32,151 nucleotides of DNA from Catajapyx aquilonaris. Taxonomy: Eukaryota. Positions 1 through 10,825 of this stretch are shown here, piece after piece. Where the stretch lies: assembly GCA_000934665.2 (NCBI GenBank), contig JYFJ02004498.1:1-32151 (forward strand). The letters run 5' to 3'. Every line of letters starts with the position of its first letter. The stretch's first letter is position 1. Under the pieces are notes generated by a model, which had not been told where the DNA came from, did no database searches, and saw only the letters and a program-made list of their open reading frames with translations. The translations under genes and the position numbers were made by a program.

Positions 1-63
1 TGGCAGCTGATCTTTTAACAAACCCGTACGGTAATGGGTGAATTTCATTTAGGTTCAAGTGTG

Positions 64-138
<75 letters not shown>
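64..138. repeat. (TCA)n microsatellite
   Basis: About 25 perfect TCA units; the paralogous site at ~8275-8292 has only ~6 units. Confidence 0.95.
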
Positions 139-139
<1 letters not shown>

Positions 140-2192
140 GTTGTTGTTGTTTAATTATTACTATGTTGTTGGAGTATGCCTTTGCGTTTCATGTCGAATG
201 TAGGGACAACAGAATTATTAATCAGTACAGAGCCGGTCAATAGTACAGTAGAAACCTGCACGTACAGTAGGCTAATGCATAAGGGAGGTCACTTCTAAAC
301 ATGCTGCTTGATCAAAAGACTTTTGCACAAGGTCACATCGATTGAACGACTCTAATCGTTATATTTGCACTCCAATGATATATTCACTAATATTGTATAA
401 CTTTTTTGAACATTGCATATGTCACCTCAACTTGATGAGTTTAAATGCAGTGCATCTTTATTCACATTATTAATTTTCCAAATGAATCGTCATACGCCTA
501 AACTTCGTCACTTATGTGGAGGAGAATCCAGCTGAACAGGATTTCTAGTGAAAAATGGCACAACCTACAGTAAGTGGAAAACATATTAAGGTCAACTCAA
601 AGTATAGTACATTCCCACCGATTGCTTTTATTTTCACTTTGTCAGAGTTTAAGTGAAATATTGTTACATTAATTCGAGTCATTGGCAGTTGCGTGCGCAT
701 AACAAAAATCCTATGGACTGATCAGTTCATTCGTGAGAGTTCGAAATCACAATCACTATTTGTTGCATTGAAAATGTGTACACTGTACAGTCTTGCAATA
801 AAAATAAATCAAATTAAGAGTACTCGAAATATTAAAAATGCTTTAAGATGAATTATTTAAACACAACTGCTCTCTCATACATCATAGGTTCTGGACTTCT
901 GGTGATACGCTATAAAAAGATTAGAGAAGAGTTCATGAATGTATATGGTGTGTGTGCCCACCACAGCAAGCCCGCAAGGCTTATTGATTAGGAAAAAAAA
1001 AAAAGATTACAGAAGAGTGCTAGTTAACATAGTTATATGATTGAGACGACAAGGTGTACAAAATGAACAGAGTGAACATCTACGTTTGCCTCTCACAATC
1101 TCTCTTTAAATAGGTTACGCAATGAAAATATCACTTCAGTTAGTTTTATCAAAAGCAGGTAAACTATACCCACAGTCTACTATAGCTCCATCCAGCTTAC
1201 ATAGCTGTTTATGTAAATCCCAAGCCAACATAATATCTGGAAGACTGGAACCTAAAATCACCTCTAGCATGTGACAATAATTGTAATGTAATTAATAATC
1301 TTGTGAAATAAATTGAAATCTGCCTGAGACAATGTCACCGCTTCTTCTTCCAAAACTTCCACCACTTGCCAGTTGCTGCCTGTTAAATTAATTGAAATTA
1401 ATTTAATCCGCTCTTACATGAAACATCTTCTCGGTTGATATGATCTATAAATACATCTACAGTAGTTGGTGAAATAGGTAAAACTTCAAAGACAGATGAG
1501 GCATTAAAAGGACTCACATTCAGATATTGCGCCACATTTTTGTGACCGATCACATTGGCCAGGTCAGCTGGTGTTTCTCTTTTCTTGTCCTTGGCCCTTG
1601 GATTGGCCCCTTTGGACACCAGGAACTGGACCATCTTCAGGCGGCCATTCAATGCTGCCTCGTGAAGAGGGGTCCGATCACCCCACCCCTTGACCTCCAC
1701 CTCGACCCCTTCCTTCAGCAGGAGGTCAACCACTGGGAGGTGGCCTTCTCTTGAAGCCAAGTGGATGGGCTGGTATCCGTCACTGGCCAAAGCGTGTATG
1801 TTAGTGCCTCTTCTGATTAGGAGTTGACAAGTCGAAGGGTTTCCCCCTTCGGCTGCCACATGGAGGGGTGTCAATCCGCCAGCCCCTTCCTGGTCCACAG
1901 GCCACCCTTCCTCCAACAAGAGGGACACCACCTCGTCCTGTCCACTTCCGGCTGCCATGTGTAGTCCACCCAGCCCTCTCTCCCCAACCTCCTCCAACAA
2001 GCCTCCCACTCCCCCCATCCTCTCAACCACCCCCCTCACCTCCTCCAATCCGCCCTTTTCGCAGGCTGAGAGAAACATCCTCACCTGAAAAAAAATATAG
2101 GAACATCGGTCATGCAATAGTAGTAGTAATATACCGCGACGCGTAAAAGACTAAAGGCAATCGTTATAACTTCCTGCGGCTGGGTTGTTGGG

Positions 2193-3161
2193 TTTGTAAA
2201 AAAAAAAAAAAAAAAAACAGTTTTAGTCAACATTGGAAGTCATAATGACATTGAATTTGATATCTGAATATGCGTGTGTTACATCTCTGATGATCAGAGC
2301 ATAATCGTTCGTTCTCATCTTGATCATCGTTTATCTCGTTACCGGTTACCGCCTCGACATTACTCCTCCCTACATTTACGACTTGTTTTGGGCCAATGAG
2401 TGCATTGCCGGACTGAAGGGCGACTAGTAAGGGACACCCTGTATGCTATGCTGGGTTCTGCGCGTGCTGGATGGATTAACCACCAAGATATATTGTGGAT
2501 TTTGAATCAACAGCACATTCAACTGTCCATTTTACTCGCTTTTCATTCTGATACAATCATATTAACTCAATCCCGCTAAATCAGGGCTATTCAACTGGCG
2601 GACCGCGACGCAATTTTGTCCGGACCGCGACAATATACAGGACAGTTTGAAATAGCATGATAAATTACTAATTCATGATTTTTTTTTGGAAAAAGTGCTA
2701 CCAATTTCATCAAATACACACCCATTCAAATCTCCCACATCTCACCTAAGCTCGTGTGACCTTGAACCCCCCCCCAAGAAATTCCGCCTGCGGCGGGCTC
2801 GTTCCCCTCCTTTTACGGCTTGTTCACCTTGTGCTTACGAAATGGGCCCCCCTCCGAAATTCTTCTGCCTACGTGGCTGTACAGGACATCGTAAAGGCCG
2901 AAAATGTCTTCATATGCCCTGTCTTGATAGGGCCTTCTACCCTTGCTGCACACGTTTATATTTTCGAATATGAACCCTGTGTACGTGGTACCATCTGAAA
3001 AGTCCGGAATTCCGGAGTCGGAAAGTCCGGACCTTCAATGGCCCAGGAAAGGTAAATACTGGAGCTTGTCAGAAACTAGTTGAATACCCCTGCGCTAAAT
3101 GATCATTAGCACGCGGATTACGCACGTCACACCTCACGCACGATACTTTTGTTGCGCATGA
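2193..3161. mobile_element. Copy-A-specific ~970-bp intronic insertion (or deletion in copy B)
   Basis: Absent at the paralogous site ~11665-11675 (gttgttggggcctag); bounded by TTGGG on both sides (2188-2192, 3162-3166); starts with a poly-A run and contains a nested hAT MITE. Confidence 0.6.
2582..3092. mobile_element. Non-autonomous hAT (Charlie-like) MITE, 511 bp
   Basis: TIRs CAGGGCTATTCAACT / AGTTGAATACCCCTG (14/15 match); perfect 8-bp TSD CGCTAAAT at 2574-2581 and 3093-3100 with central TA. Confidence 0.9.
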
Positions 3162-6100
3162 TTGGGCCTGGTGCATTATTTTATCAGTGCACTAAAGCCG
3201 ACCAAAGTGGGTTTATTTCATTCATTTTCATAATGCCGGCACCTTGTATTCAAGGTCTTCTCTTTCACTTGTAGTGCACTTCTTGCTACTACTGTAACTA
3301 TACATGGGATTTTTGTGGAGACTTTGGAACTGTACCTATGCTCAGTACACAGTACATGCAGACTTACACTGTCTTTAATATTCATGGCTCGGTAGTTGTA
3401 AACGTAATAACCTTGCCTGTTTATTTTGTCCCGAAGAGTGCTCCTGACCAGCATGTGAACCACGCCACTCCTTCTCCTTTTGCTTCAGAAGGAGGGAGAG
3501 GGAAGGGTGGCCTAGTTCTTCTGCCCTATCTCCAGGGGTTATGCCATCCCAGTCTCTCCTATAGTTGGGTCAGCTCCTCTCTCCAGGAGGAGGTGGACTG
3601 TGGACGTATGACCATAACATGCAGCGATGTGCAGGAGGGTGAAACTCCACACACACACGTGGTCCACTTCCATACCCATGTCGAGAAGAAATTTGACCAC
3701 ATCGGAGTGACCCGCATAGGCAGCCCAGTCGATTCCACTATACTCTTCTACCCTCCTCTCCACGTCCACTCCCCTCCTGTCCACACTATCCTGTACATCC
3801 GACAAGCGACCTTCCTTGCAGGCGTCTATGTATTCGGATATGTCCAACTGAAACAGACGACAGGACACGACTAGGAGTAATAAACAATGCAAAGTAAGTA
3901 ATATGTGTGAAACTCCCTGTATATACAGTAAATCCACCTTTCGCATTCCATCCAGTAATGACATCACTTCTCTCTCAACAACCATGGATGCCAGACGTTG
4001 TGATGGATCAGGAAGAAGCATCTTCCTCAGGATCTCTGCTTCACTCGAGTTCAGTCGAAGAAAGTCCTCTGGGTATGGGTCCTGATTTCTGAGGAGTCCA
4101 AAGACACGTCTCCTCTCTGCCGCATCATCTCCAAAGGGATACAGAATTTCATAAAGGATGAGGCCAAGAGAAAACACGTCTGATTTGGACCCATACCCCT
4201 TTCCATCCAGCTGCTCGGGGGACATGTACATATGGGTCCCAACACCAGCCGTTTGTTCCTGTGAATTAGGGTTCTTGAAAGAGGATTCTTGACCCGACTG
4301 CTCCGTTTCATAGGCCTCGATCAAGGAGGTGCTGAGACCAAAGTCCCCTATTTTGATCTTCTTTCCGTCAAGAGTGAAGAGAATATTATGTGGCTTGAGA
4401 TCACGATGGATCATGCCTTTACTGTGGAGGAAGCAGACCCCTGACACGATCTGCTGGAAAATGGACAGTTTCGCGAACTTGCAAGACTTGAATCCCTCTT
4501 CCAGCCTGTGACCGAGAGTCTTCTCGTGGCATAACTCCATCTGGATGTAGAGCAGGTCCATGGTTGGTCCATAGACGGGAAGCGGTGCGGTAAAGTATTC
4601 AGAGGCCTCCTTACTCGCTTCTTGACCATTGGAAGTGGACATGTCGCAGTTGAGAAGTGAGGCGTCCCATTCCTTTTGGAGGTAGCGAGGCGGGTGTTCC
4701 TCCCAAGAGTGGTAGTATCTGACGATGTTCTCATGTTCAAGCACAACCAGTGCTCGGACCTCCCTCAGGATGATGTCCTTGTACTTTTGATCTGCAGGCA
4801 GCCGAACCCTCTTTACGGCGTAGATGGCCTTGGCTATGTTGTACTCTGCCTTAAACACATCTCCAAAGGACCCTCTTCCCAGCAGATCCAAGTGGGTGAA
4901 ATTCAACATGTACCATGATTGGAATGTACGAGTAGGCTGACCTCCAATCTCTTCTCCACCAGATCTGAACGCGACATGAAATTGTAATGAAATTATTAAC
5001 ACAATTATGTGCTGGCTCGTAAATGTTTAGGAACAGCCTATCCCTAAGGTAGATACGTATATTGAGTGTTGTGATGTTGCATGCACTCACCTGTACTGTC
5101 TGGCATGAGTTGAGTTCAAGTGACCCATGATGAATCGATGCACGTGTATGTGACCCTTGAGAAGAGCGAGTGAGGCGGGTGTGGCCTCCTTCTTGTCCAT
5201 CGCCTGGGGGTCACTCTTTCCTTCCACCAAGAGGATCCTGGCCACCTCCAGATGTCCAAACATGCAGGCCAAGTGAAGAGGGGTATGTCCGATGTGGATG
5301 GTGCAGGCTTCCACCGAGGCCCCTTTGTCCAGCAGGATTCTGCAAGTGTCAGTCAGGCCTCTTCTGGCAGACCAGTGAAGGGCTGTCCTTCCGTGGTCGT
5401 CCCTCGCGTCCACCTCCTCGTGTCCAATCCTGTCCAGAAGACACTTGCAGGTGTCCACCTTCCTGGCCCTACACGCGATCATCAGGGGGGTCTCCTGATA
5501 ATCGTTCCTCTTATTCACCTTCACTCCTTCTCCCAACAGTCTCCCGACGTCCTTATCTCTTCCGATGGCTGCCATGATGTGAATGTCCTGCTTAATCCCT
5601 AAGAGGAACGTGGTCATGAAACCTTGATCTTTCTTGACAGCCACTCCAACAGGCGTCATCTTCTCCCGATTATTTTCTTTGGGATCTGCCCCCCACTCCA
5701 AGAGAAGCCTCCCCGCAACGAGGTGTCCAAATTCCGCAGCTATGTGGAGACAGGTGTCTCCTGACCTGGTCTTCACCATTGGGTCGGCCCCTTCCTCCAG
5801 CAGGAAGCGACACACAGGCGGCCAGTTGTTCTCCGTCGCTTCGTGCAGAGCAGTCTTCTCTTGGTCAGTGGAGGCCCTATTGACCCTGGCCCCCCTCTTG
5901 ACCAGCTCCTGGCACACCTGCAGCCATCCCCGTCTGGAGGCCACCATCAGTGGGGTGACCCCATTCCTGCTCAGGGCGTCCACATTGTCCCCTCTGTCCA
6001 ACAGCTGCTTGACATTGGTCAGAGACCCATTCTCGGCTGCCCAGTGCATGTCTGCCAGACTTTTGTCCTCCGATGCCACTGGTGCTGCTGCCATATCCCT

Positions 6101-7863
6101 ACAAAGTACAGTATCAATGTTATAATAATGGTATACGTACACATTGGCAGTTCCCGGCAGTCTCCGAGAGAAGCAGCCTTTTTCCTCTGGCGCCAGTAGT
6201 TATCTTACAGGAAGGTGCGGTTTACAGATATCAATGAGCGCTCACAAATAAGGTGCCCTTTGCTCTGTTTAATATCAGTATAACATTGGTTTTAAAGCTG
6301 CCTTATGAGATCTTGCTCATGAAGTCAGTGTTCTGCTTGATCGCTGTTTTGTTAATAACTATTGTTTATTTGATTTTGTGTTTGTTACCCGGGTGGCCAT
6401 TGGGGGAGACGGCCAATGACATCACAAAATTTTACAATAGTAAAAGCAACATATTTTTAAACTATTTACAGTAACAGAGTGCAGAGGTAGGCACCATTTA
6501 AACAAAAGAAAATAACTACCGTATTAATTATGAATATGCAGCAAAGGTTAGTGTACCATTATTTTCCTTATCACATGTAAAATTGGCTTGGGTCTATGCC
6601 TCTCTTTGGATGCAGTGGGCTATTTGATATTAGTATAAATAGCCAGAATATTATAGCTCGAGTCCAAATTTCATCTGGAAATTAATATCCGCATTCTCAT
6701 CTTCATTAATTGTCACGAGTACCCTAAGTAACCTAAATCCCTTACTTCGCAGTATGTAAGATGTTTCACTGGTTACCACATTACACTGCAGAGGATTCAC
6801 ACTGTTAGCAGGCCTGTGTCCTCTGGATCACTGCGAAGAAAAGGATGTGATAAGAAGTCCCTTTCCTCTATTAGTCTATGCTCAGCCGTTATCCTGAAAA
6901 TGAGGTGAGGTATACTGATATCTATCTCAAAAATAGATGCCATTTGCGCTGCTCAAATGAAATCAATAAGGTGCTACAGGTGTGTTAGAAAGATGTGTGA
7001 AAATTATACAAGTGTAGGCGCTAAATTACAAATTATTGCAACCCGGAACTACTTCTTTTATTATAATAATGCTTTTTTAATGCGTCGTTGTCGTCGTTGT
7101 TGTTTATTGTATCGATTTCATAATCTCTCTCCACATAAAGCAGCCCTATTTTGATAAACTTGCATTGTACTATTTTATTTTTTAGAAAATATTGTTTAAC
7201 AGGGGGGTTGCTCACTTCAGAAACATTCTTAAAATTTTTGTAACTCTTCGGGCTGGTCTCCTTTTATGTTATTTTCGTAGCCTACTCTTGAACTCAGGAC
7301 ACCACCCTGTAGTTTAGCACACAACCAATAGAAGTCGAGATATTGGCACAACAAAGTGCATATTGGTGGAAGGGACCTCTGAGACGATTCAACTATTTTT
7401 ACCCGTCTCGTAAAATGCATAATCTTTTTGACCTGGAGAGATAGCATTACTGAACTGATAGAATGATAACCTGCTCTGGGGTCACAGGAAGAGCTTTTCT
7501 AAGCACAACTTGTCCTTCGCACGAGCTCAGTTATTCCCTGCTTGTGAGCGGAACATGTCATCTGAGTCCATCTCCAGGTAAATTGATAGAGTGTTAAATT
7601 TCAAAACAAGGCCTGGTATTCCATCGTGATATGGAAAGAAAGACGCATCTACACATTGTGGTAACATTGTGCTTTCAGAAAACGTGAATTTATCACACGT
7701 TCTTCTAATATGCAGATAATATGCTATTCCTCTGCAATATTCCACTGGATGTTATGTACATTTTACATTATGCAAGTTATGCACAATTTATGTACATTCT
7801 ATATTATGTAAATACTGTATTTCATCATGTACCATTCAGTTATTGCGTTTTTGTATTAAGCTG

Positions 7864-8162
7864 TACTGTACAGGCGTGTAGGCTAAAGGACAGCGTGTAC
7901 TCCGAGAGCATCAACAAAATGGATGCACGTGTTCAACAGCATCGGTTCGGATTTGCGTCGCAAGAGTATCATCGATCATTTGGATTCGCTGAATGTTGCC
8001 AGGACGAAACGGATGAGAAAGGTTCCATTTGTGGAGGTAAATGAAGTGCAGTTCTCATGGCGTCATGTCGAAGGCACCTTCCTGATCCTGCTCACTGGAG
8101 CCTTGGTGGCATTGGTAGCATTTTTGAGAGAACTGTGTCGTGGACACGTTCGTAAGAGGTAA
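7864..8162 (+). pseudogene. 3' fragment of an ionotropic receptor (variant iGluR)-like gene
   Basis: LKDSVYSESINK then a +1 shift in the A-run at ~7916-7919 into WMHVFNSIG...FSWRHVEGTFLILLTGALVALVAFLRE, resembling the end of S2 plus the last TM helix of IRs. Begins at the duplication junction; no upstream exons present. Confidence 0.65.
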
Positions 8163-9372
8163 AGACGCCCATTTCTGGTGTAGGTTCCTGTATGAGCAAC
8201 CAAGTACACTTGGCAGCTGATTTTTTAACAAACCCCGTACGGTAATGGGTGAATTTCATTTAGGTTCAAGTGTGTCATCATCATCATCATCATGTTGTTG
8301 TTGTTTAATTATTCCTGTGTTGTTGGAGTATGCTTTTGCGTTTCATGTCGAATGTAGGGACAACAGAATTATTAATTAGTACAGAGCCGGTCAATAGTAG
8401 GCTACTGTAGAAACCTGCACGTACAGTAGGCTCATGCATAAGGGAAGTCACTTCTAATCATGCTGCTTGATCAAAAGACTTTTGCACAAGGTCCCATCGA
8501 TTGAATGACTATAGTAGTTATATTTGCACTCGAATGTTATGTTCACTAATATTGGATAACTTTTTTGAACAATGCATATGATGTCACCTCAACTTGATGA
8601 GTTTAAATGCAGTGCATCGTGGTATCTTTATTCACATTATTAACTTTCCAAATGAATCGTTATACGCCTAAACTTCGTCACTTAATAATATGTGGAGGAG
8701 AATCCAGCTGACTTTGTAAGTGGAAAATGCAGGTTTTCAAGTGAAAATGGCTCAACCTATATAGTAGTGGAAAAAATATTAAAGCCACCTCAAAGTACTA
8801 CATTTCCACCGTTTGTCTCAGTGGAAGTGGAATATTTTTACATTAATGCGAATCATTGGCATTTGAGTGCCATAACAAAAATCCGATGGACTGATCGGTT
8901 CATTCGTGAAAGTTCAAAATCACAATCACTGTCTGTTGCATTGAAAATGTGTAGGCCTACAGTTTCGCAATAAAAATAAATCAAATTAAGAGAACTTGAA
9001 ATTCAAAATGCTTCAAGATTAATTATTTTAACACAACTGCTCTCTCATACATCATAGGTTCTGGACTTCTGGTGATACGCTATAAAAAGATTAGAGAAGA
9101 GTTCTTGAATGTATATGGCGTGTGTGCCCCCCAAAGCAAGCCCGCGAGGCTTATTGAGAAAGGAGTAGGAAAATAAGAAATAAATAGATTACAGAAGAGT
9201 GTTGGTTGACATAGTTATGATTGATATTACATGGTATATGCAAAATGAACAGAGTGGACATCTACGTTTGCCTTTCGCAATCTCTCTTTAAATAGGTTAC
9301 GCAATAAAAATATCACTTCAGTGAGTTTCATCAAAATCAGCTCATCAACTACCCACAGTATACTGTACTATA

Positions 9373-10679
9373 GGGCAATTCCACGTGAACGTGATCACCT
9401 TTTTCACGAAAAAATTTGCCCGTCGATGAGTGTGAGATATGTTTGAGTCCATGTCAAGTTATGACCTTTCCCGTAAGGATTTGGTCCGCCGATGCGTGGT
9501 TGCCTATCTACAGGCGTAAAATGTACTTTGATCACATTTACACGACAAGATGTAGTAAATGCTTGATATGATACAAGTTTCATGTGTGAAATTGTCTCCT
9601 CTTTTCGACAAAAATGCTAACTTCCTGATAGATGTGCAAATTCATGGCAAAAAGCGAGAATTTTGCAAACAAAGCAATTTTCAAAACGAGAGGCGAAGTT
9701 AAATACCATCAGTCATCACATTGATATCAAAAAATTCCTCATAGTGTATGTCCTCTATCAGCCATATACAAACGGAATTTTGGCATGCGCAAGGGTTACG
9801 GAGCTATAATCACTGACGTGGAGGGGTGCAGGAGTGCAATATATTCCATTATAGTGAAAGCAAGGGGCCCGTATATGGATCCGCACGGAATTCCGTACAG
9901 GCCTCAACCGTGAACATTCATTTGGACTGTGACTAGGAACGAATAGAAGAATGAATATAAAAATAAAAAGTAGGCTACATGTTTCTCTATTGTAAATAAT
10001 CAAGCATATTTTAACACACACTTGACACTTGTGAAAATTGAAACTGTGTTGAACATGACAAGGGAATTTTCATTTATTCTTACTATTCTATGGTAAATTT
10101 TTTTTGAACTATATTATTAAGTGAATTAAACACAAAGGACAAGCGTACACTATACCTGAGACATGAAGACGGACCTAGGTGGGCCGCTCATTTTCATTCA
10201 GCGGCGTGGCCACTAGCGCAACGATCCACGTCAGTACCTATAGCTCCGGAACCATTTCGTATTCCAAAATTCAGTTTGTACCACTGATAGAGGACACTGT
10301 GAGGTGTATTTGATATCAATATAATGCCATTTGACCTTGGCTCTCTTTTTGAAAATGTCATTTGTTTGCAGAAATGTCGCATTTTGACATGAATTTGCAC
10401 AGCTATCGGAAAGTGACTATTTTTGTCGGAAAGAGGAGACAATTTCACACATGAAACATGTATTACATCATGCATTTACGTTGTCATGTAAATGTAATAG
10501 GGGGGCGCCTCTAACCGTGATCCAAGTGCAATTAGCGCCTGTAGATAGGCAACCACGCATCGGCGGAACAAATCCTTATGGGAAAGGTCATAACTTGACA
10601 TGGACTCAAACATATCTCACACTCATCGACGGGCAAATTTTTTCGTGAAGAAGGTGATTACGTTCACGTGGAATTGCCC
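9373..10679. mobile_element. Non-autonomous DNA transposon with ~450-bp TIRs and TATA TSD
   Basis: Termini GGGCAATTCCACGTGAACGT / ACGTTCACGTGGAATTGCCC; inverted homology ~9373-9823 versus ~10225-10679; TATA at 9369-9372 and 10680-10683; empty site ctacTATAgctc at ~1177-1188 in unit A. Superfamily uncertain (Sola- or Kolobok-like). Confidence 0.92.
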
Positions 10680-10825
10680 TATAGCTACATCCAGCAGCTA
10701 TACAGAGGTCTCTATGTAAATTCCAAGCCAACATATCTGGAACCTAAAATCACCTCTAGCATGTGACAATTGTAATGCGTAATTAATAATCTTGTTAAGT
10801 AAATTGAAATCTGCCTGAGACAATA

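Larger units (their letters stand above)
1335..6094 (-). pseudogene. Ankyrin - PERK-like eIF2-alpha kinase - ankyrin gene, copy A; frameshifted after the kinase (pseudogene or 779-aa truncated product)
   Basis: Exons 6094-5091, 4964-3938, 3847-3417, 2084-1518, 1379-1335. Junction AG|A keeps the ANK exon in frame with the kinase exon. Motifs LGRGSFG, YAVKRVRLP, HENIVRYYHSWEE, LYIQMELC, HRDLKPHN, DFG, VGTHMYMSPEQ. Exon 3 is 431 nt versus 429 in copy B; a 2-bp insertion at ~3561-3562 gives TAA at 3539-3541. Downstream exons remain open. Confidence 0.8.
1..7863. repeat. Tandem segmental duplication, unit A (begins upstream of the window)
   Basis: Position 1 (tggcagctga...ccgtacggtaatggg) aligns to 8211; colinear homology continues through exons, introns and intergenic DNA to ...gtattaagctg at 7863 / 16690, with some divergent patches. 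Confidence 0.93.

Noticed and set aside
34..243. Poly-Ser ORF
   Set aside because: Translation of the (TCA)n microsatellite; tract length is not conserved in the paralogous copy.
1398..1517. ORF-track C-terminal extensions of ANK exons (VSPFN..., VSAFP..., VSTLR..., VSPL...)
   Set aside because: All begin at a GTGAGT donor and are intron read-through; proper terminal exons exist downstream.
3848..3937. Hydrophobic TM-like stretch after the kinase in ORF 3539..5002
   Set aside because: It is a 90-nt stop-free intron; the equivalent in copy B is 80 nt and frame-breaking, so it is not conserved coding sequence.
3938..4964. Calling the kinase the PERK/EIF2AK3 ortholog, or RNase L/IRE1-like
   Set aside because: No signal peptide, luminal or TM domain and no KEN nuclease domain; no gene symbol assigned.
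5170..6199. Antisense and alternate-frame ORFs over ANK and kinase exons (also 11018-14611)
   Set aside because: Shadow ORFs of GC-rich coding sequence with no recognisable domains.
9758..10648. Transposase within the long-TIR element
   Set aside because: Only short ORFs without DDE motifs; element is non-autonomous.
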